Source: Desulfobacteraceae bacterium
Lineage (GTDB): Bacteria > Desulfobacterota > Desulfobacteria > Desulfobacterales > Desulfosalsimonadaceae
Assembly (NCBI GenBank): GCA_021737545.1
Contig: JAIPDT010000001.1
Location: 7,093-71,092 of the forward strand
Direction: 5' to 3'
DNA: 64,000 bases
The position numbers and the translations under genes are program-made. Below, piece by piece: positions 8,754 through 16,932 of this stretch; position 1 is the stretch's first letter, and each line of letters begins with the position of its first letter. The notes under the pieces were generated by a model that was not told the DNA's origin, searched no databases, and worked only from the letters and a program-made list of their open reading frames with translations.

Positions 8754-9509
8754 TTAACCGTCGTCGCAGGCCACTGCAAATGCGTTTTTGTGACCGTATT
8801 CAATCAGTCTGTCCTCGGTTTTTTCCGCGGTTTCAAGGGAGGAAAACCTGCCCACCCTGACGCGGTAAAGGGTTTGGCCGCCTTTTTCAAAAGGAGTTAT
8901 TGCGACGTGGTCATAGTGTTTTAGCAATCGGTTTTTCAGTCTTACCGCAAAGGCGTGGTTGGCAAAGGCCCCGACCTGGACGGTGAAATCCCCCCTGAAA
9001 AAATCCCTGCCTCCGTCGTCCCCGCCGGGACTTTCCGCATAACCTTTTTCCATGGCAATAATTTCCACGGTTGCGGTTCCCGGGCCTATCATGCCGATGT
9101 CTTTGGCCGCCCGGTAGGAAAGGTCTATGATCCGTCCGCGAACAAACGGCCCCCGGTCATTGATGCGCACCACGGTCTCTTTGCTGTTGTCGTTGTTTCG
9201 CACCAGCACAAAAGTGCCCATGGGAAGGGTTTTGTGGGCCGCGGTTTTTGCGTGCATGTTATAGGTTTCCCCGTTGGCGGTACGGCGACCGTGAAATTTG
9301 GCTCCGTACCAGGAGGCGAACCCGGTCTGACGGAACCCTTGTGAATCGGTAATGGGATGGTACCATTGGCCGTTGATCTTGTAGCTTTTGCTTTTGTAAG
9401 GCGTGTCTTTTTTCGGCGGAGCGGTATGGCATCCTGAAAATACCAGGATAGCCGCAAGGGCAAATAAAACTGCGGGCAAGGCATATATACGGATTGCAGG
9501 TTTTGCCAT
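8754..9509 (-). CDS. rlpA: Septal-ring lytic transglycosylase RlpA family lipoprotein (DPBB + SPOR)
   Basis: 251 aa. It has a lipobox (VFSGC), a DPBB core ([39 protein letters not shown]) and a C-terminal SPOR-like domain ([14 protein letters not shown]). Confidence 0.85.
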   Translation of the reverse strand: MAKPAIRIYALPAVLFALAAILVFSGCHTAPPKKDTPYKSKSYKINGQWYHPITDSQGFRQTGFASWYGAKFHGRRTANGETYNMHAKTAAHKTLPMGTFVLVRNNDNSKETVVRINDRGPFVRGRIIDLSYRAAKDIGMIGPGTATVEIIAMEKGYAESPGGDDGGRDFFRGDFTVQVGAFANHAFAVRLKNRLLKHYDHVAITPFEKGGQTLYRVRVGRFSSLETAEKTEDRLIEYGHKNAFAVACDDG

Positions 9510-9511
9510 GT

Positions 9512-11857
9512 TTATTTCCCTAAAGCAATGCGCAGGACCTGGCGCATCTTGTCCACAAAATGAAACCTGATTTCTTCTGTTACATTTTGGGGGATATCTT
9601 CCATGTCCTTTTCGTTGAATTTGGGAAGGATAATGCTTTTGATCCCGGCCCTGTGGGCCGCCAGGGCCTTTTCCTTGACACCGCCCACAGGCATGACCTG
9701 GCCGCGCAGAGTGATTTCTCCGCTCATTGCAAGATCCTTTGAGGTGGGGGTATTTGTTAGCAGTGATGCAATGGCTATAAGCAGAGTGACCCCGGCAGAG
9801 GGACCGTCTTTCGGCACCGCTCCCGCAGGCACGTGAACATGCAGGTCATGGGTGTCAAAAAAGTTTTCGTCTATTTTTAACACTCCGGCGTTGGCCCGGA
9901 TATAACTCAATGCAGCGTTTGCAGATTCCTTCATAACCTCTCCGAGCTGACCGGTCAGGGTAAGTTTGCCGTTTCCCTTCATTGCCGTGGCCTCGACAAA
10001 CAAAACGTCTCCGCCCGCTTCCGTCCAGGCCAGTCCCATAACCACACCGGGCGTGGATACCCGTTTTTTTATCTCGTCAAAGGAAAAGCGGACGGGTCCC
10101 AGATATTCCCTGACTTCCCGCATGCCTACTTTGACGAATTGCGCTTCGCCCCTTGCGATTTTGGCGGCCACCCCCCGGCAGACTGATGCGATCTCGCGTT
10201 CCAGGTTGCGTAGTCCGGCCTCCCTGGTGTAGCCGGTTATGATGTGCTTGACCGCGCCCTTGGTGATCCTGATGTTGTCAGCCTTCAGCCCGTGGCCACC
10301 TCTTTGCCGGGGGATGAGAAACCGGGTTGCGATCCTGGTCTTTTCCTCCTGGGTATAGCCGGAGAGTCTCAGCACTTCCATGCGGTCGAGCAGGGCCGGA
10401 GGGATGGTATCCAGAATATTGGCAGTAGTTATAAACATGACCTTTGACAGGTCAAAAGGCGCGTCTATGTAATGATCTGTAAATGAATAGTTCTGCTCGG
10501 GGTCAAGCACCTCCAGCAGGGCGGAAGAAGGATCGCCGCGAAAGTCCGCTCCTACCTTGTCTATTTCATCGAGCATGAAAACCGGATTTTTCGAGCTTGC
10601 ACGCCGGAGGCCCTGAATAATCCTGCCGGGCAGGGCCCCCACATAGGTGCGGCGGTGTCCCCTGATTTCGGCTTCATCCCGAATGCCGCCAAGGGCCACC
10701 CTGACAAACCTGCGTCCAAGGGCCCGGGCAATGGAATTTCCAAGCGATGTTTTTCCCACACCGGGCGGACCTACAAAACACAGAATCGGGCTTTTGGTTT
10801 CGGGGTTGAGTTTTAGGACCGCCAGATATTCGAGTATACGGCGCTTGGCTTTTTCCAGCCCGTAATGATCGTTTTCAAGTACTTTCTCGGCGCTTTCCAG
10901 ATCCAGGTTGTCCGGGGTGTTTTCGTTCCAGGGCAGCGCGGTCATCCAGTCCAGATACGTAAGAGCAACAGTATATTCCGCAGAAGACGGGTGCATTCTG
11001 GCAAGACGGTTTAATTCACGCTCTGCCTCCTTGTGGGCTTCTTCGGGCAGATTTTTTTCATAAAGCCGGGTTCGGTATTCCTCCACCTCGCTGCCGGATT
11101 CGTCTATTTCTCCAAGTTCCTGCTGGATGGCTTTTAATTGCTGGCGCAGATAGTACTCGCGCTGGTGCTTTTCCATATCGCCCTTAACCTGGGACTGGAT
11201 CTTGTTACCGATTTCCAGGATATCGATCTGGTAGCTGACCATGCGGGTGACCTTTTCCAGGCGCTGCCGTATGTCAAAAAGCTCGAGCACCTCCTGTTTT
11301 TCCTTTGTATCAGAATCAATTGTGGAGGTGATCATGTCTGCAAGTGTGCCGGGCTCTTCTATGGATTTTGCCATGGAGCCCATCTCGTCGGGGAGCGAAG
11401 AAGACATCTGCACCACTTTTTGGTACTGGGAGACCAGGTTGGCCATCATGGCCTCGATTTCCTTGTCGCGGTTTTCTTCTTCTTCTACATTCTCAATGCG
11501 GGCTTTAAGATAAGGATCTGTCTCCGTGTATTTCTGAATATTAAAGCGGCCTATGCCCTGGAGCAGGATCTGCGCCTTGTTTTCCTCAGTTTTGGCCATT
11601 TTAAGGATCACGGCGCTGCAGCCCACGGTATAAAGGTCTTCAGGACCATACTTTGATTCGGACCCGGTGTGCCTGGTTGCCATCGCCCCCACAAGGCGGT
11701 CTCCGGACATTGCCTCGTCTATGAGCTGAATGGATTCCTGCTGCATGACTATCAGCGGCAGGACCATTTTCGGAAACAGAACAACATTGTGAAGGGGTAG
11801 AATCGGCAATTCTTCCGGTATTCTGTCAAGAGACACGGTCTGCTCGTCTTGTGCCAT
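9512..11857 (-). CDS. lon: ATP-dependent Lon protease
   Basis: 781 aa. It has a LON N-domain, AAA+ Walker [10 protein letters not shown], and a protease domain with PKDGPSAGV and [12 protein letters not shown]. Confidence 0.95.
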   Translation of the reverse strand: MAQDEQTVSLDRIPEELPILPLHNVVLFPKMVLPLIVMQQESIQLIDEAMSGDRLVGAMATRHTGSESKYGPEDLYTVGCSAVILKMAKTEENKAQILLQGIGRFNIQKYTETDPYLKARIENVEEEENRDKEIEAMMANLVSQYQKVVQMSSSLPDEMGSMAKSIEEPGTLADMITSTIDSDTKEKQEVLELFDIRQRLEKVTRMVSYQIDILEIGNKIQSQVKGDMEKHQREYYLRQQLKAIQQELGEIDESGSEVEEYRTRLYEKNLPEEAHKEAERELNRLARMHPSSAEYTVALTYLDWMTALPWNENTPDNLDLESAEKVLENDHYGLEKAKRRILEYLAVLKLNPETKSPILCFVGPPGVGKTSLGNSIARALGRRFVRVALGGIRDEAEIRGHRRTYVGALPGRIIQGLRRASSKNPVFMLDEIDKVGADFRGDPSSALLEVLDPEQNYSFTDHYIDAPFDLSKVMFITTANILDTIPPALLDRMEVLRLSGYTQEEKTRIATRFLIPRQRGGHGLKADNIRITKGAVKHIITGYTREAGLRNLEREIASVCRGVAAKIARGEAQFVKVGMREVREYLGPVRFSFDEIKKRVSTPGVVMGLAWTEAGGDVLFVEATAMKGNGKLTLTGQLGEVMKESANAALSYIRANAGVLKIDENFFDTHDLHVHVPAGAVPKDGPSAGVTLLIAIASLLTNTPTSKDLAMSGEITLRGQVMPVGGVKEKALAAHRAGIKSIILPKFNEKDMEDIPQNVTEEIRFHFVDKMRQVLRIALGK

Positions 11858-11903
11858 GTAATTCGCCTCCGCTTCTTGGTTGCCGGGGACGTGCCGGCTC
11901 TGT

Positions 11904-12344
11904 CTATTCTGTATTTATAGGAATGTTTTGCCTGGTCCTGTGCGGCAGTTTTGTAATTTCTACATAGAGAAAGCCGTTTTTATATTTGGCGGTTATGTTT
12001 TCGGTATCCACCGGCGTCTTTAGGTGCAAAATTCTTTCAAACGGCCCGTACTGGATTTCCGCCAATCTGTATCTTCCGTTTGCAGCCGGCGGTGCACCGG
12101 TGCGTTTGCCGGAAATACGGATGGCCCGAGGGCTTACTTCCAGCTCCAGGTCCTCCTTTTCTACACCAGGGATTTCGGCTGTAACATAGATTTTTTCGGA
12201 TGTTTCGTAAATATCTAACTGCGGTTTCCAGGTGGTTTTGGAAAAGGCAAACATGGGGCTCATGGACTGGAACAGCTCTGACATGCTCCTGCCCGGGCCT
12301 GAATCGTCAAAGTCATTGGTAAATCGGATCTTGATGTAATCCAT
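11904..12344 (-). CDS. Hsp20/alpha-crystallin small heat-shock protein
   Basis: 146 aa. It has an alpha-crystallin domain (PQLDIYETSEKIYVTAEIPGVEKEDLELEV..; NGFLYVEITK). It lies 46 nt upstream of lon. Confidence 0.85.
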   Translation of the reverse strand: MDYIKIRFTNDFDDSGPGRSMSELFQSMSPMFAFSKTTWKPQLDIYETSEKIYVTAEIPGVEKEDLELEVSPRAIRISGKRTGAPPAANGRYRLAEIQYGPFERILHLKTPVDTENITAKYKNGFLYVEITKLPHRTRQNIPINTE

Positions 12345-12400
12345 CAGCCGGCTCCCGGGGATTTGAAATTGATTCGGTAAACAATAATGTTGATTAATTT

Positions 12401-12429
12401 ATTATAACACCCGGTTTCAGATTTGTAAA
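12401..12429 (-). promoter_or_regulatory. Candidate sigma70-type promoter for hsp20(-lon)
   Basis: The minus strand reads TTTACA-N17-TATAAT. The plus-strand tgtaaa is at 12424-12429 and attata at 12401-12406. It lies about 55 nt upstream of the hsp20 start. Confidence 0.4.
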
Positions 12430-12433
12430 GATT

Positions 12434-13294
12434 TCAGGGCCCGGCCGGCACGGTTTGAGCCGATTGGCCGATCATCCAGGCGATACCTATGCCTCCCATG
12501 AATGAGTGCCGGGTCTCCACCAGAGGGCTATCGGAAAAGACCGCACCGGAAAGATTGTCATACCGCGCAAACATACCGATCCACAGATTGGAAAACTTTC
12601 GGCTGGCAGACAACAGCACACAGCTTCCGCTGTAGCCGCCCTCTGGCCGGTAAGCGGGCCTCTCCTTTGTGGCATATTGGGGTTTTACTTCGTAATAGTA
12701 GGCATGATATTCTTGATCGGCAAAGATGGGGCCGATAACAGCCCCCACGCTCCATTTGCCGAAAATATCCGTGAAATCGATGTTTAACTGAGGATGCGCC
12801 TTCCAGCCTATGTGATCCAAAAAAGTCAAATCTGAAGTAAAAACCGCGCGCACCGGCATCCGCAGCCGCATCCTGATGTTTTTGCCTTTATGGAGCAAAT
12901 AATTTATCGAGGGGCCGAACTCTCCTACGGGATCGAGATCAGGCATGCCTTCGCGAACATTGCCTTCTTCGCTGGCCGCGGGTATGGCCCCGTCGGCGCT
13001 CAAATCTAAGCGCAGCCTGGGAGTTTCATATAACAGGCCCCTGATGCCTTCACGGTCCACCCTGAGAAAATCGCCGCGGTAAACCACATAAGGCATGGGC
13101 ACCAGGTAGAATTCCTGGGTCTGCGAACCACGGTAAGAAGGCATGGTAAGTGGTGCCACTCCCATGCCGAGCTCCCACAGCGGCACCTCACCGGATTTCC
13201 CGGAGGATCCGGCCAGGGCTGGCTGCGCGTAGAATGCGATTAAGAAGACAAAAGCGAATACAAAAATGCAGCTCAAGAATTTGTGTGCTGTCAT
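12434..13294 (-). CDS. MipA/OmpV family outer-membrane protein
   Basis: 286 aa. It has a signal peptide (FLIAFYAQPALAG). Alternating beta-strand pattern and motifs (PSYRGS..Y.V.P.PYVVYRGDFLRVDREGIRG) are typical of MltA-interacting MipA. Confidence 0.7.
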   Translation of the reverse strand: MTAHKFLSCIFVFAFVFLIAFYAQPALAGSSGKSGEVPLWELGMGVAPLTMPSYRGSQTQEFYLVPMPYVVYRGDFLRVDREGIRGLLYETPRLRLDLSADGAIPAASEEGNVREGMPDLDPVGEFGPSINYLLHKGKNIRMRLRMPVRAVFTSDLTFLDHIGWKAHPQLNIDFTDIFGKWSVGAVIGPIFADQEYHAYYYEVKPQYATKERPAYRPEGGYSGSCVLLSASRKFSNLWIGMFARYDNLSGAVFSDSPLVETRHSFMGGIGIAWMIGQSAQTVPAGP

Positions 13295-13308
13295 GGGCGG
13301 CGTCTTTT

Positions 13309-13346
13309 AAAAAGCCCCTCCGCCGTGATTGTGGCGGAAGGGCTTT
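13309..13346 (-). terminator. Rho-independent terminator after the molybdoenzyme cluster
   Basis: 13311-13324 pairs with 13333-13346 (13 of 14 bp, GC-rich, 8-nt loop). On the minus strand it is followed by TTTTT. It lies 38 nt downstream of the small-subunit stop. Confidence 0.55.
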
Positions 13347-13383
13347 ATATTGCTCTTTTCTTTGTTGTTGCAGGCAGCGGCGG

Positions 13384-14205
13384 TTAAAGTTCCATGGGGA
13401 TATCGCCCAGGCTCAAGTCCTTGTCGGTGACAATGTCCTCGATGGTTTTGTGCGCCTTGCCTTTTTCAATGGACAGGTTGTAGCTTCTGTTATCCTTTAG
13501 CCCGTGGAACCAGAAGTCGCCGAAGTTGTCGGTTTCGGCTGTAAAGGATTCTTTGGATTGAGCGTCTTTGAGCGTGCACTTGGCTCCGATGACAACTTCT
13601 TTTTCCTTTGGATCGTAAACCGTGCCGCCAACAAATTTCTTTGGCAGGTTTTTGTAGTAGACCCGCGATTTTGTGCCCGCCTCGGGATTGAGAAGCTCGG
13701 CTTCGGCAATGAAGTCCTTAAAGTCTTTTTCTTCTCCGAACTGCAGGGCAGCGGTAGGACAGTTATCCACGCAGCGCGGAACAGACCATTCTTCCGGATC
13801 ATTGTCAAGCAGATGGGCGCATCCGGTGCATTTCTGAGCGATATTAAGATCCTCGTTGAAAAATATCGCATCATGCGGGCATGCATCTTCGCACAGCTTG
13901 CATCCGGTGCACTTTTCCGGGTCGATAATAACGAGTCCGTCATCTCGCTTATGAATCGCGCCTACATCGCACGATGCAATACACGGGGCATCATCGCAGT
14001 GATGGCACATTTTTGGGAGATACGTTATTTTTACTTTCGGCACCTGCCCGCGTACCATCTCGGTAATCCCGAGCCAGAACTGACCGGTTTCGGGCTGGGG
14101 CTTGGCATAAGGTGTCCAATCATTTCCTACGTGTTCGTCCTTGCATGCAATCTGGCAGCAGTAGCAGCCATTGCATACTGACAGGTCAATATAAAAGGCT
14201 TTCAT
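13384..14205 (-). CDS. Iron-sulfur small subunit, pyrogallol-phloroglucinol transhydroxylase (BthL)/resorcinol hydroxylase family
   Basis: 273 aa. It has four Cys clusters (CNGCYCCQIAC; CHHCDDAPCIASC; CTGCKLCEDACP; CTGC..CVDNCP). A C-terminal beta-sandwich-like extension follows (GGTVYDPKEKEVVIGAKCTL..). Its start overlaps the large-subunit stop (TAATG). Confidence 0.75.
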   Translation of the reverse strand: MKAFYIDLSVCNGCYCCQIACKDEHVGNDWTPYAKPQPETGQFWLGITEMVRGQVPKVKITYLPKMCHHCDDAPCIASCDVGAIHKRDDGLVIIDPEKCTGCKLCEDACPHDAIFFNEDLNIAQKCTGCAHLLDNDPEEWSVPRCVDNCPTAALQFGEEKDFKDFIAEAELLNPEAGTKSRVYYKNLPKKFVGGTVYDPKEKEVVIGAKCTLKDAQSKESFTAETDNFGDFWFHGLKDNRSYNLSIEKGKAHKTIEDIVTDKDLSLGDIPMEL

Positions 14206-16832
14206 TATTTGCCTCCTTTCTCTATCCAGGCGTCGAAGCGCAGGCCTGACGCCGGGTCGTATTCTCGTTCAAAGGCATCGGGATAGTCCCGCTTCCATTG
14301 ATCCATCATATCTCCGGTAACCCGGGTGACTTCGACAAGGTAACCGCTGGTGGCCTGTCCCACACAGCGTTTGGAGGTAATCCATTCGCCTGAAATCGTA
14401 TTGATGGCGCCGCCGCGGTCCAGTTTTCCGGGTATTATGGGATCGTGTCTTGCGCCGTGGTCCACATATGCAACACCGGGCATCACTCGCTCCCAGACCC
14501 GTGCGCCGCAGAGAACAATTCCGCGCTCGTTGTGCACCATAACGATGTCACCCATCTTGATGCCGCGTTTTTCAGCGTCGTCAGGATGGATCCAGACCGG
14601 TTCATACATGTAGCCGTCCCAGCCCTTGACCTTGCAGGTAATTACCTCCCGGCTCCAGGGGATGTCATCTGCCTGCGAGTGTACCCGCCAGCGGCCGTGG
14701 TTGGACATGAGCAGTAGCGGATAGGATTGAGCGCGCCAGCTGGAAATTCGCTCATCATGCATTTCGCTTTTTTCGATCCACTTGGGAATTGGCGGACGTT
14801 CCTCGTCGCACGGATAATGCTTGGCAATGCGCTCAGAGTAGAATTCCAGCTTCCCGGTTGGCGTGGGCAGCGGGTTTTTCTCCGGATCATCATAGAAAGG
14901 CCGAAGGCCGGGGGGATCCTCTTCCCAATCATCGGCGGTAGGCAGAACGACATACTGCTTTTTGACGAAATCTTTCCAGTCGATAAGCTGGTTTAGCTCC
15001 ATGTTGTTAAAGACTTCCTTCTGAAGATCCTCGATTGTCTTGCCGCCTTCTGTGTATTCATTCTCTTTGCCCAGCTTTTTGGCAATTTCCAGTACTGCCT
15101 CATAGTCGCTCTTGGATTCGCCCACCGGTTTGACGGCCTGGTTCTGGAGCATGACGCTGTGATGCTGGGTACCCTGACGGGTATTTGTTACAATATCATC
15201 GACTTCCAGGGTGGTATTGGTCGGCAGAATTATATCCGCATACAGGCAATCGTTTTCCAGCCAGGGGTGCTGTGCGAGTATAAACTCGATTTTTGGATCG
15301 CGTTCCGCGATAATGGTCTCGTTGCCGCAGTTCCAGCATGTAATACGGCAGGGAGTATCAGTCCACATCATGCGGATTTCGGTTCCGCCATCTTTTTCAT
15401 CAATCGGGTAATTGTATTCCACGAATTGGTCGTCCACCATTTCTTCGATTCCGCCGGTACCCCAGAATTTCAATGGTGGATCAAGTATGGCCTTGTGTAT
15501 CAGAGTTTTAGGAATCAATTGCTTGCCCCATGCCCTGATGGTGGTCTGAGTGGGTTTGGTGAGACGCTCCGGCAACTGGGGGTTAAAAAAGCGGGTGCTC
15601 TTTAGCATCTGAGCGCGCGGCATTCCGCCGTAGCTGATCTGCGTCTGGTGAACTCCCGGGCCTCCGAGTCCCTGCATGCCGAGCAGTATGCACTCAAGGC
15701 GTGCCGGTTCATGAGAATAGGGGCCTCTGAACATGGAGCCGCCGAAGTAGTGGGCAATCGAAGTCGTATTTTTGGCAAATTCCCGGGCCAGCGCCTTTAT
15801 TGTCCATTCGGGAACTCCGCATTTTTTTGATGCCCATTCAGGTGTTTTGGGGATATCGTCTTCTTCGCCCATAACATAGGCTTCAACCTTGTCCATGCCG
15901 ATAGCGTGGGTTCTGATATATTCCTTATCGTATGTGCCTTCTTTTAACCACATGTAAATGATGGCTAGCTGCATGGCTGCATCGGTATTAGGCAGAACAG
16001 GAATCCACTTGTCTGCATGTACTGCTGCGCCGTAATTTAAATCCGGGCAGATATATATTTGTTTAATGCCGCACTGGGTCCAGAAATAGGAGAGGCGGCT
16101 TGCAAACTGGCCGACAAAGCCCCATGGAGTAGTTTCGGGGTCACAGCCCCAGAACAGCATCATGTCGCAGTTCTCGGTCATGTCCTTAACACAGTTATCC
16201 GAAGGATCCATCATGCCGACAAGTCCCTGGCCCCAGACGTGTTTGGACCCCCAGTAAAATCCTTCCCAGCTGTCCGGGTTGCGGACCTGCTGGGTAAATC
16301 CACCCAACATCTCAAGCAGTCGTGCCTGGTGTCCATGCGGGGTGTTGATGGTTTTGCACTCGCCGTGTCCGTCGCCCTGAGCCAGAATTGCCAAAGGACC
16401 GTAACTTTTAATGATGCGTTTTATCTCGGAGGCAATAATATCTGTTGCTTCTTCCCAGCTTATTCTTACGTACTTGCTTTTACCGCGGTTCTGGGTGTTG
16501 CGCTCTCCGTTGGGATCCCAATCCACTCGTTTCATAGGATATTTAATCCGGTTGGGAGAGTAGGTCCGTTTTTTATAAGAAAGAGACCACGGAGAAGGCA
16601 TACCCTTGAAATTGGATTCCAGGGTATGTCCGTTGCGCTTGAATTGCCACGGGTTAAAGGATTTGCGGTCAAATTTCCAATCAAAATGCATTGGCCTGAT
16701 GCGCACGATCTTGCCGTTTTTAACATCCACACAGCTCGGATCACATCCGCCCAGCAGGCCGCCGAGGGCCAGCCCCCGGACCACGGTCTTATCAGCCTTG
16801 GCGTCGACCTTGGCTTTGTCCTCTTTTGCCAT
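14205..16832 (-). CDS. Molybdopterin (bis-PGD) large subunit, pyrogallol transhydroxylase (AthL)/resorcinol hydroxylase family
   Basis: The ORF is open from TTG at 16877. ATG at 16832 is preferred because AAGGAGGA lies 4 nt upstream. As I recall the P. acidigallici AthL sequence, it shares these motifs: RIKYPMKRVDWDPNGERN, ISWEEATDIIASEI, NPDSWEGFYWGSKHVWG, MLFWGCDPETT, LKEGTYDKEY. There is no twin-arginine signal. Confidence 0.8.
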   Translation of the reverse strand: MAKEDKAKVDAKADKTVVRGLALGGLLGGCDPSCVDVKNGKIVRIRPMHFDWKFDRKSFNPWQFKRNGHTLESNFKGMPSPWSLSYKKRTYSPNRIKYPMKRVDWDPNGERNTQNRGKSKYVRISWEEATDIIASEIKRIIKSYGPLAILAQGDGHGECKTINTPHGHQARLLEMLGGFTQQVRNPDSWEGFYWGSKHVWGQGLVGMMDPSDNCVKDMTENCDMMLFWGCDPETTPWGFVGQFASRLSYFWTQCGIKQIYICPDLNYGAAVHADKWIPVLPNTDAAMQLAIIYMWLKEGTYDKEYIRTHAIGMDKVEAYVMGEEDDIPKTPEWASKKCGVPEWTIKALAREFAKNTTSIAHYFGGSMFRGPYSHEPARLECILLGMQGLGGPGVHQTQISYGGMPRAQMLKSTRFFNPQLPERLTKPTQTTIRAWGKQLIPKTLIHKAILDPPLKFWGTGGIEEMVDDQFVEYNYPIDEKDGGTEIRMMWTDTPCRITCWNCGNETIIAERDPKIEFILAQHPWLENDCLYADIILPTNTTLEVDDIVTNTRQGTQHHSVMLQNQAVKPVGESKSDYEAVLEIAKKLGKENEYTEGGKTIEDLQKEVFNNMELNQLIDWKDFVKKQYVVLPTADDWEEDPPGLRPFYDDPEKNPLPTPTGKLEFYSERIAKHYPCDEERPPIPKWIEKSEMHDERISSWRAQSYPLLLMSNHGRWRVHSQADDIPWSREVITCKVKGWDGYMYEPVWIHPDDAEKRGIKMGDIVMVHNERGIVLCGARVWERVMPGVAYVDHGARHDPIIPGKLDRGGAINTISGEWITSKRCVGQATSGYLVEVTRVTGDMMDQWKRDYPDAFEREYDPASGLRFDAWIEKGGK

Positions 16833-16890
16833 AATATCCTCCTTGCTTGTTTCGGGCTTTACCATAGAAAGCCTCAAAGTCTAAGTTAAA

Positions 16891-16919
16891 GGCATCCTCT
16901 TTTTTTAAAAGAGGATGCC
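16891..16919 (-). terminator. Perfect 13-bp stem-loop between the two molybdoenzyme genes (candidate partial terminator or processing site)
   Basis: ggcatcctctttt (16891-16903) pairs perfectly with aaaagaggatgcc (16907-16919). On the minus strand it is followed by TTTAACTT. It lies 14 nt after the stop at 16933. Confidence 0.4.
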
Positions 16920-16932
16920 CATCACCCTTGAA

